64,000 nt of DNA from Candidatus Oxydemutatoraceae bacterium (lineage in GTDB: Bacteria > Pseudomonadota > Gammaproteobacteria > Poriferisulfidales > Oxydemutatoraceae): contig OZ244779.1 of NCBI GenBank assembly GCA_965219575.1, positions 1,868,769-1,932,768 on the forward strand, read 5' to 3'. Every line of letters starts with the position of its first letter. The stretch's first letter is position 1. Both the position numbers and the translations under genes were made by a program. Shown here piece after piece: positions 30,146 to 40,212 of this stretch. The notes below the pieces were generated by a model, which searched no databases, had not been told where the DNA came from, and saw only the letters and a program-made list of their open reading frames with translations.

Positions 30146-30327
30146 GTGGAAACCATTATTTGTCGGCGCAGGGCGGTTGGCGTGATGCATAACGGCATTT
30201 CAGGTTAATCATAATGGCCGATTGATCTACCGGCTCAATCGGCGGCTTTATATGGCCGATTGATCTACCGGCTCAATCGGCGGCTTTATATGGCCGATTG
30301 ATCTACCGGCTCAATCGGTGGCTCTAT
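30146..30327 (+). repeat. Composite repeat ending in three tandem 38-bp hairpin units
   Basis: Units at 30214, 30252 and 30290 (GCCGATTGA-tctaccggc-TCAATCGGC); the leader matches 40498-40570. Confidence 0.85.
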
Positions 30328-31205
30328 TCTGTCCCCTGTATAATGGATGCCATTTCGCAGCCTACTTTAACCTCGGAACCGGTTTGGTACAGCGGGTTCC
30401 AGTTGAGGTTTTCATTATCAATCAATAGTACGACGGTTGAACCGATGTTGAAGCGTCCCATCTCTGCGCCCTTATCCAATTCTACGACCGGGTGCGGAGA
30501 GACCTCTTCGTCGTAGCGATAATAGCTTAGAGCTAAAGAGCCGGGGCTTACCAATCCGTGCCAAACCGTTTCTATCGCCGAGACATTGACTGCGCCGACC
30601 ATTACGACGGCGGTGGCACCGTGCTCGGTATCAAAAACAGAAACGACTCTCTCGTTTTTGGTATAGAGGCGCGGTATCACCCGAGTCGCATAGGGTGCTA
30701 CGCTGAATAGACGACCCGGTACATGAATCATCGTTCTAAGTTTTCCTGCCAGCGGTGTATGCACACGATGATAATTACGGGGGGCTAAATAGAGGGTGCA
30801 GAAAGAACCGTTTTCAAAGGCATCGCTCGCGCCGGGAGTCACCAGATCGCTAACGCTATACGCTTGACCTTTGGCTTGTACGATACGCCCCGCTTCAATT
30901 TTTCCGATCTGCATAACGATTCCGTCGCACGGAGAGACGACGATATTAGAACCTTGATGGATCGGGCGGATCCCGGGTTTGAGTGCGCGTGTGAAAAACG
31001 CATTAAAACTGGGATAATCGTCTATACTGCCGATCTCGGCTTCGTCCAAGTCAACCTTGAAAACACGCACGAACAGTTTTATGACATAGCGTACGCCGGA
31101 CATCTCTATGCGGCTCAATGTCAGTGTCAGACGCGAGACTAAATGGTGAGGGAAAAAATGGAACAGCCACCCTTTGGTGCGTTCCCATAAACTAACTTGT
31201 TCCAT
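30324..31205 (-). CDS. psd: Phosphatidylserine decarboxylase
   Basis: FFTRALKPG.RP, SPCDG, YLAPRNYHRVH, GRFNIGSTV cleavage motif. Confidence 0.93.
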   Translation of the reverse strand: MEQVSLWERTKGWLFHFFPHHLVSRLTLTLSRIEMSGVRYVIKLFVRVFKVDLDEAEIGSIDDYPSFNAFFTRALKPGIRPIHQGSNIVVSPCDGIVMQIGKIEAGRIVQAKGQAYSVSDLVTPGASDAFENGSFCTLYLAPRNYHRVHTPLAGKLRTMIHVPGRLFSVAPYATRVIPRLYTKNERVVSVFDTEHGATAVVMVGAVNVSAIETVWHGLVSPGSLALSYYRYDEEVSPHPVVELDKGAEMGRFNIGSTVVLLIDNENLNWNPLYQTGSEVKVGCEMASIIQGTE

Positions 31206-31289
31206 ATCTTGATTAAAGAAAAATTAAAATCGATACTCTAATAATGTAGAATTATCCGCTTATACGGAACTTCATTATATCAAACAACG

Positions 31290-32693
31290 ATGAGTACAGA
31301 GATTAGTATTGCATTATTTGCCGTCATTGTGGCGGTGGTGTTGGCATATTTATATAAACAATCCAAATCGCAAGCGGACGAACAACATACGAAACTGAAC
31401 GATGCAACCGAACAGATAATAGCTTTAAGGGCGGAAAACGCTGCGTTGCAAAACAGCCAAGAAGAAAAATCCGAACGTTTGCTAAAAGCCGACGAAGATT
31501 GTAACGCATTGCGCGAGCGGAATACGCAACTTGAAATCGATAATCGCGAACAGCAAACCCAACTCAAAGCCGAGCAAGATAAACTACAAATTTTAGAGGC
31601 GCAGTTCGAAAAACAGAAGTCGCAGCTCAAAGACGAGTTTAAGGTCTTATCGGAGGAGATCTTTAGCCAACGACAACAGGCACTGCACGAACAAAATAAA
31701 GAAGGCATAGGGGCTCTGATCAAACCTCTACAACAACAAATAGAGCAATTTCAAAAGCGCGTCAACATTGTGCATAGCGAGACAATCAAAGGCCATACCA
31801 GTCTGGAGAGCGAAATAAAGAAAATAATGGAGGTCGGCTTAAAAATAGGCGAGGATGCCGATAATCTAAGTTCGGCCCTCAAAGGCGACTCTCGCCAACG
31901 CGGGGCTTGGGGCGAGGCACAGTTGGAACGCACTTTGGAAATGAGCGGCCTGGTTAAAGATGCCCACTACCGAAAGCAAGCTGCTCTCAAAGACCGCAAC
32001 GGCAAGCAAAAAATTATAGATTATCTCGTTATGCTTCCCGACAACCACCATATTGTCATAGATAGCAAAGTCTCGTTGCTCGCTTATGACCGGGCTGTTG
32101 CGGCAAAAGACGAAAACGCGCAGGTCATTGCGATGGATGAACACATCAGAGCCGTTAAAAAACATATAGACGATTTGGCAACAAAAGATTACACCGATTT
32201 AATCGGCGTACACAGTCCTAATTATGTTCTGATGTTTATGCCGATAGAGTCGGCTTATATAGAAGCACTCAAATGGAGTAAAGATTTATTCGTTTACGGC
32301 TACGACAAAAATATTGTTTTGGTCTCTCATACGACACTGATACCGATACTGCGGGTCGTCGCCAATCTGTGGATACTCGAACAAAGCAATCGGGAGGCAC
32401 GAGAAATCGGCAACAGTGCCGGCGATATCTATAACTCGGTATGCCGGCTCACCGGGCATGTACAAAAACTCGGCAACACACTCAATACCGCAAGCAGACA
32501 CTACAACGAGGCGGTCACGACCATTTCCGGACGGCAAGGAATACAAGGAAAAGTGGAACGTTTCGACCGCCTTTCAACCAAAGCACTCAAAGAAATGCCT
32601 GATTTAGAGCGCCGCCATTTTGAATTTAAGACAGATTTGCTTAAGATAGAACCTGCCGAGAAAAATCCCTCCGAAGATGATGAAATAAAATAA
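31290..32693 (+). CDS. rmuC: DNA recombination protein RmuC
   Basis: N-terminal TM plus coiled coil, RGAWGE, IDSKVSL, VLMFMPIE. Confidence 0.92.
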   Translation: MSTEISIALFAVIVAVVLAYLYKQSKSQADEQHTKLNDATEQIIALRAENAALQNSQEEKSERLLKADEDCNALRERNTQLEIDNREQQTQLKAEQDKLQILEAQFEKQKSQLKDEFKVLSEEIFSQRQQALHEQNKEGIGALIKPLQQQIEQFQKRVNIVHSETIKGHTSLESEIKKIMEVGLKIGEDADNLSSALKGDSRQRGAWGEAQLERTLEMSGLVKDAHYRKQAALKDRNGKQKIIDYLVMLPDNHHIVIDSKVSLLAYDRAVAAKDENAQVIAMDEHIRAVKKHIDDLATKDYTDLIGVHSPNYVLMFMPIESAYIEALKWSKDLFVYGYDKNIVLVSHTTLIPILRVVANLWILEQSNREAREIGNSAGDIYNSVCRLTGHVQKLGNTLNTASRHYNEAVTTISGRQGIQGKVERFDRLSTKALKEMPDLERRHFEFKTDLLKIEPAEKNPSEDDEIK

Positions 32694-32774
32694 ATAATTG
32701 CAAAAATGTGTTACAATGCCCTAGCGTCTTGATGATATCATTAAACATAGACAGAGTATACGAGGAATAGAACT

Positions 32775-33494
32775 ATGAAAAAGGAAGTCACTAAGAAAAA
32801 ATCCTCCTCTCGCCCTAAAACCCCTCCGAAAAAGAAGACTGCAACGAAGAAATCCTCGATGCAGAAAAAGCGTACGCCCGAAAAAAAAGTCGTCAAGAAA
32901 AAGGCTCCGCTTCGGAAAAGCCGCACGCCCGAAAAAAAAGTCGTTAAGAAAAAGGCTCCGCTTCGGAAAAGCCGCACGCCCGAAAAAAAAGTCGTTAAGA
33001 AAAAGGCTCCGCTTCGGAAAAGCCGCACGCCCGAAAAAAAAGTCGTTAAGAAAAAGACCTCGGCTCGGAAAACTGCTATCGTGCAGATCAGTGCGGCCAG
33101 AAGCAAATCGCGCAGGTTGCCGCAAAGCAAAAAGTATATGAATGCTCGTCAGTTGGATTACTTTCGCGATATCCTACTATCGCGCAGAGACGAATTGATA
33201 AGCGAAGCAGACCGTATGGTCGATTATATGCAAACCGGCTCTAATACCTATGCCGATGCCATAGATCAGGCAAGCCAAGAAGAAGAATTTACTCTGCAGT
33301 TGAAGGAACGCGATCGAGAAAGAAAACTGCTACAAAAAATAGACGAAGCGATCGCTAAAATAGACAAGAAAGAATACGGTTTCTGTGTCTCGTGCGGTGC
33401 CGAAATCGGCATCAGTAGATTACAAGCGAGGCCGACAACCGACCAGTGCATAGATTGCAAAGAACTAGACGAACTCAAAGAGCGACAGTATTAA
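32775..33494 (+). CDS. dksA: RNA polymerase-binding factor DksA with Lys-rich N-terminal extension
   Basis: YMNARQLDYFR, DAIDQASQEEE, CxxC..RLQARP..CxxC. Confidence 0.92.
   Translation: MKKEVTKKKSSSRPKTPPKKKTATKKSSMQKKRTPEKKVVKKKAPLRKSRTPEKKVVKKKAPLRKSRTPEKKVVKKKAPLRKSRTPEKKVVKKKTSARKTAIVQISAARSKSRRLPQSKKYMNARQLDYFRDILLSRRDELISEADRMVDYMQTGSNTYADAIDQASQEEEFTLQLKERDRERKLLQKIDEAIAKIDKKEYGFCVSCGAEIGISRLQARPTTDQCIDCKELDELKERQY
32871..33056 (+). repeat. 51-bp intragenic tandem repeat, about 3.6 copies
   Basis: Units at 32871, 32922, 32973 and 33024 encode RTPEKKVVKKKAPLRKS. Confidence 0.95.
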
Positions 33495-33540
33495 GCACTC
33501 GCTCGCTTATAAAATCAACCGCGTAACTCCACACCGAACG

Positions 33541-33568
33541 CAACGCGCCATGCGAACACGGCGCGTTG
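33541..33568. terminator. Hairpin between convergent dksA and nrdB
   Basis: CAACGCGCC-N10-GGCGCGTTG stem; no clear U-tract. Confidence 0.4.
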
Positions 33569-33603
33569 GTATGCAGATAAACGTTTGCGGTAGTGCGATA
33601 ATG

Positions 33604-34794
33604 TTATTCCCAGTTTAGCGCACCGCCGGTTTGGTATTCGGTCACTCTGGTCTCAAAGAAATTCTTTTCTTTCTTTAAGTCCAGCACTTCGGACATCCAC
33701 GGGAAAGGGTTGACTACGCCGGGAAATTGCTCCGGCAATCCGATTTGATTAAAACGGCGGTTGGCTATGAATTCCACATACTGTTTGAATAAGCCGGCGT
33801 TCATTCCCAACATGCCGCGCGGCATCGTATCTTCTGCATAGAGCTTCTCGTAGTTGACACCGTCTATAATCAAATCTATGATTTCGCGCTTAAACTCCTC
33901 GGTCCACAAATGAGGATTCTCGAGTTTGATTTGGTTGATTACGTCTATACCGAAGTTCATATGCATCGATTCGTCTCGTAATATATATTGAAATTGCTCC
34001 GAGACACCGGTCATCTTATTACGCCGCCCCATAGATAAAATCTGGGCAAAACCGACATAAAAGAAAATACCTTCGAATACGACATAAAAAGCAATCAGAT
34101 CGCGTAATAGACGTTGGTCGTTTTCCATCGTGCCGGTTCTAAAGTTAGGGTCGCTGAGGCTCTGCGTGTAAGGTAACGCCCACTCCGATTTTTTGGCTAC
34201 CGACGGGAGTTCTCTATACATATTGAACACCTCGCCCTCGTCCAAAGATAAGGACTCGATACAATACTGGTAGGCGTGAGTATGCACGGCCTCTTCAAAA
34301 GCCTGACGCAATAAGTATTGGCGACATTCCGGATTAGTAATATGACGGTATACCGCCAGTACTAAATTATTTGCAACTAAAGAATCGGCAGTAGAAAAAA
34401 ATCCTAAATTACGCTTGACCACCATGCGCTCGTCTTCGCTCAAACCTTCCGCGTCTTTCCATAATTTTATATCCGCAGTCATATTAATCTCTTGCGGCAT
34501 CCAATGGTTGCCGCACGCGGCAAGATATTTGTCCCATGCCCATTCGTATTTGAACGGCACCAGCTGATTGAGGTCGGCACGGCAATTGATAATCTGCTTA
34601 TCGTCTACCCTGATGCGAGACGCACCCATCTCTATGGACTCCAGACCCGTAGTGCCACCTTGCTCTATCTCCGGTTGCGGTTCCGAATTAACCACCGGCG
34701 GATTTTCCGTAGTAGGTTTTGTAGACCTAAAACTATTCGTTGCCGATTCGGTAAAGGGGTCTTCCCAATCCGGCAAAAACTCACTTTGCTGCAT
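33604..34794 (-). CDS. nrdB: Ribonucleotide reductase class Ia beta subunit
   Basis: [30 protein letters not shown]; AAGGAG RBS before 34794. Confidence 0.95.
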   Translation of the reverse strand: MQQSEFLPDWEDPFTESATNSFRSTKPTTENPPVVNSEPQPEIEQGGTTGLESIEMGASRIRVDDKQIINCRADLNQLVPFKYEWAWDKYLAACGNHWMPQEINMTADIKLWKDAEGLSEDERMVVKRNLGFFSTADSLVANNLVLAVYRHITNPECRQYLLRQAFEEAVHTHAYQYCIESLSLDEGEVFNMYRELPSVAKKSEWALPYTQSLSDPNFRTGTMENDQRLLRDLIAFYVVFEGIFFYVGFAQILSMGRRNKMTGVSEQFQYILRDESMHMNFGIDVINQIKLENPHLWTEEFKREIIDLIIDGVNYEKLYAEDTMPRGMLGMNAGLFKQYVEFIANRRFNQIGLPEQFPGVVNPFPWMSEVLDLKKEKNFFETRVTEYQTGGALNWE

Positions 34795-34824
34795 AATGTC
34801 TCCTTCTGTGTTTATCAAATCAAT

Positions 34825-37740
34825 CTACTGACATACCTCGCAGTCCGGATCCGGCACCGAGCATCTCTGCCCACCGTTATCCAAAATATCGACTGCATTC
34901 AACTTGCCGTCGACGGTCTCCATCGTGCTCTTTTCAACATGGGTTGCGCCGAGGGCTCGCAAATAATATGTCGTTTTTAATCCTTGTAGCCAAGCTAACT
35001 TATAAAGTGTGTCTAATTTCTTTCCCGACGGTTCCGCCATATAGAGATTCAGCGATTCCGATTGATCTATCCATTTCTGACGTCGTGCGGCAGCTTCGAC
35101 CAACCATCTCGGGTCAAGTTCAAACGCAGTTGCATAAATCGCTTTCAAATCGTCGGGAACACGCTCTATTTTTTGTATGCTACCGTCGTAATACTTGAGA
35201 TCGTTGACCATAACCTCATCCCATAAATCGAGTTTTTTCAAATCTTTCACCAAATACTCGTTGATTACCGTAAACTCACCCGATAGATTCGATTTCACAT
35301 AAAGGTTTTGGTAAGTCGGCTCTATGCTTTGAGAAATCGAGCAGATATTGGAAATCGTTGCGGTCGGTGCAATTGCCATCGTGTTAGAATTGCGCATCCC
35401 GTATTTTTTAACACGCTTACGCAGCGCATCCCAATCCATCGTCTTGGAGGTATCCATCTTCAACAATCCGTCGTCGCCGCGACTCTCGGCGAGTAACCGT
35501 ATAGAGTCTATAGGCAATATTCCCCGACTCCACAACGAACCGTCGTAGGTCGAATAAACGCCTCTTTCCTTCGCCAGTTCAACCGATGCTTCAATCGCAT
35601 AATAGCTGATCGCCTCCATAGAACGGTCGGCGAATTCAACCGCCTCCGGGGTTGCATAAGGAATACGCAATTTATAGAGTGCGTCTTGAAAACCCATCAC
35701 GCCCAGACCGACCGGGCGGTGCCTCAGATTAGAATTTCTCGCTTTTATGACACTGTAATAATTATATTCGATAACATTGTCCAACATCCGCATCGCAGTA
35801 TGTATGGTTTTGCGTAGCTTGGCGGTATCGATCCCTTTGGTTCCCAAGTGCGCAACTAAATTGACCGAGCCCAAGTTGCATACCGCAATCTCTTCGTCGC
35901 TGGTGTTGAGCGTAATCTCGGTACATAAATTGGAAGAGTGAACGGTGCCTTTATGTTGTTGCGGTGAACGTATATTGCAAGGATCCTTGAATGTCAACCA
36001 CGGGTGTCCTGTTTCATATAGCATGCTCAACATTTTGCGCCACAAATCAACCGCTTTGATCCGCTTGTAACGTCTGATATCGCCACGCTCGGCTGCAGAT
36101 TCGTACTCTGCATAACGTTTTTCAAATTCTATACCGTACAGTTCGTGTAAATCGGAAACTTCGTCGGGTGAAAACAAAGTCCACATTTCATCGCTTTTGA
36201 CGCGCTTCATAAAGAGGTCGGGAATCCAATTTGCGGTATTCATATCGTGAGTACGACGACGATCATCACCGGTATTTTTTCTAAGTTCCAAAAACTCCTC
36301 TATGTCCAAGTGCCAGGTTTCCAGATAAGCGCAAACTGCGCCTTTGCGTTTGCCTCCTTGATTGACGGCAACCGCGGTGTCGTTCGCTACTTTCAAAAAA
36401 GGTACGATGCCCTGCGATTCGCCGTTAGTACCCTTGATGTAAGAACCCATCGCACGCACGCGCGACCAGTCGTTGCCCAGACCGCCGGCGAACTTCGACA
36501 GCATCGCGTTATCCTGTATCGCACCGAATATACCCAGCAGGTCGTCGGAGACAGTCGTCAAATAACAAGACGACAACTGTGGGCAACGCGTACCGGAATT
36601 AAACAAGGTCGGCGTAGAACTCATAAAAGCAAAACTCGATAGCAAATTATAAAACTCTATGGCCTTATCCTCTCGGTCAATCTCGTTAATCGCCAACCCC
36701 ATCGCAACACGCATAAAAAATGCTTGCGGCAACTCAAAACGCACTTTTCGATAGTGTATAAAATAGCGGTCGTACAAGGTTTGCAAGCCCAAGTAATTAA
36801 AAAGCAAATCGTTCTCGGGCTTTAATGCAGCTGCCAATTTCTGCAAATCAAATTCGTTCTGCAGACGCATATCGAGCAACTCGAACTCACAAGCCCGTCT
36901 GATATATCGGACAAAATAGTCCGGATACTGTTGCGCCATTTCACTAAAGGTTGCTTCGGTATAGTGTTTATCCATAAACGATAACGCCTCGCAGCGTAGC
37001 TTGTCCAACAACAAGCGCGCCGCAACCTTAGCGTATGCAGGCTCTTTTTCCACCATAGAACGGGCACTGAAGATTAGCGCATCGCTGAGATTTTTAACAT
37101 CGATACCACTGAATATATTATGGCGCGCTTCTTTTATAATCGTCTCGCTATCGACATCGGCGATGTCTTCGCACGCTTCGTCGGATATCTTAAGCACACG
37201 ATCCCAATCGAGTGGTCTACTTTCGTCGTCTCCGTAGCGAACTAGAATTTCGTCGCTTTCGGTTTTTTTACCGGGTTGCTTCTCTAACGCTTCGGCACTA
37301 CGCTCGCGAGAACGCTGTTCGCGATACAGCACATAAGAGCGAGCAACCTTGTAGTGACCGTTGCGCATCAAGGCTAATTCGACTTGATCCTGTATATCTT
37401 CTATATGGAAAGTGGAACCTGCGGTGCGTGAACGGGTCAAGCCCTCTACGATTTGCTCGGTCAGGCCGGCAATCGTCTCCCGAACCCTGGACGATGCCGC
37501 AGCAGCACTTCCCTCTACCGCAATAAATGCCTTGCTCATCGCAACGTATATTTTAGTATTATCGAATACGGTGACCTTGCCGTTGCGGCGTATCACTTTG
37601 AATTGTCCCGGCGCGGTGTTTGACATCTCGGCAACATCGAGTCCGGATATATCGTGAGAGATACGAGAGGACATAGTCGATTGGGGATGAACGCGGTCTA
37701 TCGTTTGTGATTTACCACCGTTCTTATTTATTGCTTTCAT
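34825..37740 (-). CDS. nrdA: Ribonucleotide reductase class Ia alpha subunit (two ATP-cone-like regions)
   Basis: STPTLFN, LSSC, SNLCTEI, CNLGS, APTATIS, TTYY, C-terminal CxxC. Confidence 0.97.
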   Translation of the reverse strand: MKAINKNGGKSQTIDRVHPQSTMSSRISHDISGLDVAEMSNTAPGQFKVIRRNGKVTVFDNTKIYVAMSKAFIAVEGSAAAASSRVRETIAGLTEQIVEGLTRSRTAGSTFHIEDIQDQVELALMRNGHYKVARSYVLYREQRSRERSAEALEKQPGKKTESDEILVRYGDDESRPLDWDRVLKISDEACEDIADVDSETIIKEARHNIFSGIDVKNLSDALIFSARSMVEKEPAYAKVAARLLLDKLRCEALSFMDKHYTEATFSEMAQQYPDYFVRYIRRACEFELLDMRLQNEFDLQKLAAALKPENDLLFNYLGLQTLYDRYFIHYRKVRFELPQAFFMRVAMGLAINEIDREDKAIEFYNLLSSFAFMSSTPTLFNSGTRCPQLSSCYLTTVSDDLLGIFGAIQDNAMLSKFAGGLGNDWSRVRAMGSYIKGTNGESQGIVPFLKVANDTAVAVNQGGKRKGAVCAYLETWHLDIEEFLELRKNTGDDRRRTHDMNTANWIPDLFMKRVKSDEMWTLFSPDEVSDLHELYGIEFEKRYAEYESAAERGDIRRYKRIKAVDLWRKMLSMLYETGHPWLTFKDPCNIRSPQQHKGTVHSSNLCTEITLNTSDEEIAVCNLGSVNLVAHLGTKGIDTAKLRKTIHTAMRMLDNVIEYNYYSVIKARNSNLRHRPVGLGVMGFQDALYKLRIPYATPEAVEFADRSMEAISYYAIEASVELAKERGVYSTYDGSLWSRGILPIDSIRLLAESRGDDGLLKMDTSKTMDWDALRKRVKKYGMRNSNTMAIAPTATISNICSISQSIEPTYQNLYVKSNLSGEFTVINEYLVKDLKKLDLWDEVMVNDLKYYDGSIQKIERVPDDLKAIYATAFELDPRWLVEAAARRQKWIDQSESLNLYMAEPSGKKLDTLYKLAWLQGLKTTYYLRALGATHVEKSTMETVDGKLNAVDILDNGGQRCSVPDPDCEVCQ

Positions 37741-37971
37741 TTGTGTAGAGACATAAATCTAAAATTATATAATTATAAGGATATATTTTATCGGTTTTTT
37801 AATACCGCTCGTCCGAAATAATCTATTACCGGATTTTTTATCGATTTACCAAAATATACCGATACCAGTATATTCAATCTAAGCGCGGTAATCAAGAAAA
37901 ATCGGATAATTGTCAATCGGAAGAGAAATATGGACTAATTGGGGTTTTAAAAATACTTATGTATTGCCGCT

Positions 37972-38089
37972 TGTGGATAACTTTGTAGACAAATCTGTTT
38001 TTATAGCTATTTCAGGTAGTTAATATAAGATAGAGTTGTGGATAAGTTATTTACTAAGCTGCACTAATCTGTGCATAAGCTGTGGATAA
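37972..38089. promoter_or_regulatory. DnaA box cluster
   Basis: TGTGGATAA at 37972, 38037 and 38081; TGTGCATAA at 38070; degenerate TGTAGACAA at 37984; AT-rich flanks. Confidence 0.85.
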
Positions 38090-38186
38090 GTAACCTATAC
38101 AGAGGATTTATCGTCTACTCCATCGATATAAGTCGGCAATTCGACGGTCTAGCTTAAGGATTCTCATTTACGGATTTTGGAGTTGA

Positions 38187-38202
38187 AAACTATACATTGC
38201 TA
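38187..38202. promoter_or_regulatory. Candidate NrdR box
   Basis: aaaCTATACATTGcta, one mismatch to the CwAtATaTwG core, upstream of nrdA. Confidence 0.4.
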
Positions 38203-38346
38203 TATTTATTTGAATATGTGGTTTATAGGTTTATAATATCAACATGATTTTTGGATGAACCTCTTGTATCTTGATGCCTGTGCTTCACTTGCAGACTAGG
38301 CAAATAAGCATACAATGGATACTTTACCTCTATTAGCAAGGAAACT

Positions 38347-39615
38347 ATGAACAAATATTTATCTTTACGTATTATCATGGCATCGTTATTGGTGTTAGTG
38401 ATTAGCGGTGGATTTTGGGAAAGCGGCATCTACTCCGCCAATGCCGAGCAAGCAACTTTACCACTCAAAGAACTACGCACATTCAGCGATGTCTACGGGC
38501 GCATCAAAACTTCGTATGTAGACGAAATAGACGATGCCACTTTAATCGAAGGTGCCATCGACGGGATGCTCTCCAAACTCGATCCTTATTCGGTTTTTCT
38601 TAAAAAGAAATCGTACGAAGAACTCAAAGTCAACACAACCGGTAGATTCGGTGGTCTAGGCATAGAAGTAGACAAGGAAGGAGGTTTCGTTCATGTGATC
38701 GCACCGATAGACGACACACCCGCAGAACGCGCAGGAATACAAGCGGGTGACTTGATATCGGAGATTAATAACAAATCGACTAAAAGCCTGTCCTTGCAGG
38801 AGGCGGTAGAGCAAATGCGCGGCGAAGTAGGCACCACGATTACTTTAACGATACTTCGCAAAAAAGAAAAAGAACCCGATCAAGAAGCAACTCTATACAA
38901 GAAATTATCTATCAACTTGGCGCGCGCAGTTATCAAGGTTCAAAACTCTCGCCACGCGCTACTCGAACCCGATATCGGTTATGTGCGTATCTCTAAATTC
39001 CAGCAACGCACCAGTCTAGATTTGATGACGAGCATCGAAGAGCTAAACAAGGAAAACAAAAAACCGCTACAAGGTTTGATTGTCGATTTGCGCAATAATC
39101 CCGGCGGCATGCTCAACGAAGCAATCAGTGTTGCCGACTTGTTTTTGCCCGCTAAAACACCGGTGGTCTATACCAAAGGCAGGATTGAAGGTTCGACCAC
39201 AGAATATAAAACATCCAGGCCCGACCAAACCAGCGGGCTAATCGTAATGCTACTAATCAACAAAGGCTCGGCTTCGGCTTCCGAAATTGTTGCCGGTGCG
39301 CTACAAGATAACGATCGTGCGATGATCTTAGGCACGCAATCTTTCGGAAAGGGGTCGGTACAAACCGTACATCCCTTCGATGCCGAACACGCACTCAAGC
39401 TGACAACCGCCAAGTATTACACACCTTCGGGTATTTCAATTCAAGATGTGGGTATCACACCGGACTTTAATTACGATTTTGAACAGCTCAGCGACGAACA
39501 GGCGGAAGCGCGCAACAAATTGAGTAGAAAAGACTTAAAAGCTCGCCTCGGCTACGATAGCCAAGTACAACAGGCAATCAGAGAACTGAAAAAACTGGCA
39601 TTAAAGCCGTCGTAG
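38347..39615 (+). CDS. ctpA: S41 family C-terminal processing peptidase
   Basis: PDZ FGGLGI, DLRNNPGG, SASASEI, FGKGSVQ. Confidence 0.9.
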   Translation: MNKYLSLRIIMASLLVLVISGGFWESGIYSANAEQATLPLKELRTFSDVYGRIKTSYVDEIDDATLIEGAIDGMLSKLDPYSVFLKKKSYEELKVNTTGRFGGLGIEVDKEGGFVHVIAPIDDTPAERAGIQAGDLISEINNKSTKSLSLQEAVEQMRGEVGTTITLTILRKKEKEPDQEATLYKKLSINLARAVIKVQNSRHALLEPDIGYVRISKFQQRTSLDLMTSIEELNKENKKPLQGLIVDLRNNPGGMLNEAISVADLFLPAKTPVVYTKGRIEGSTTEYKTSRPDQTSGLIVMLLINKGSASASEIVAGALQDNDRAMILGTQSFGKGSVQTVHPFDAEHALKLTTAKYYTPSGISIQDVGITPDFNYDFEQLSDEQAEARNKLSRKDLKARLGYDSQVQQAIRELKKLALKPS

Positions 39616-39628
39616 AAGGAACGATACG

Positions 39629-40162
39629 ATGCCCGAAGTACTTATCCCACTGGCAACCGGCTGCGAAGAGGTAGAAGCGGTTACATTAATAGACCTGTTG
39701 CGCCGTGCCGATATTAAGGTCACCACCGCCTCCTTGGACGCCAAAGAAGTGTGTGGTCTACACGGCCTAAACTTGGTCGCCGATACTACGCTCGACGAAG
39801 TTAAGGAATACAACTTCGATATGGTCGTGCTGCCCGGTGGACAACCCGGTGCCGACAACCTGAATGCCGATGCCAGAATCCACGAAATTCTAAAACGCCA
39901 TCGTACGACGCAATGGATCGGTGCCATTTGTGCGGCACCTAAGGTGCTGGTCGATGCGGGTGTTGTAGATCAACTAAAAATTACCGCTTACCCCGGCGTT
40001 TTAGATGGGCAAAGTTCCCCGACCGAAGCGGTAGAATGCGACGACAAAGTAATCACCTCACGCAGTCCCGGCACGGCAATGGAATTTGCGCTGACAATCA
40101 TAGAAAAACTGGCCGGAACCGAAAAGAGAAAGGCGGTAGAAAGCGACCTCATAACGGCATAA
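39629..40162 (+). CDS. DJ-1/PfpI family protein (YajL-like)
   Basis: EEVEAV..IDLLRRA, LPGGQPG, AICAAP, TSRSPGT. Confidence 0.9.
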   Translation: MPEVLIPLATGCEEVEAVTLIDLLRRADIKVTTASLDAKEVCGLHGLNLVADTTLDEVKEYNFDMVVLPGGQPGADNLNADARIHEILKRHRTTQWIGAICAAPKVLVDAGVVDQLKITAYPGVLDGQSSPTEAVECDDKVITSRSPGTAMEFALTIIEKLAGTEKRKAVESDLITA

Positions 40163-40212
40163 ACCGCCGGTGGGTCAATCGGCATGACATTGTGCCAACC
40201 TGCACTATTTAA

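Noticed and set aside
30214-30327. 38-bp palindromic tandem units (also 40571-40673) as a CRISPR array
   Set aside because: The units are contiguous with no unique spacers, there are no cas genes in the window, and single copies are dispersed elsewhere.
32721-33130. Phe-rich minus-strand ORFs
   Set aside because: They are antisense shadows of the Lys-rich dksA repeat.
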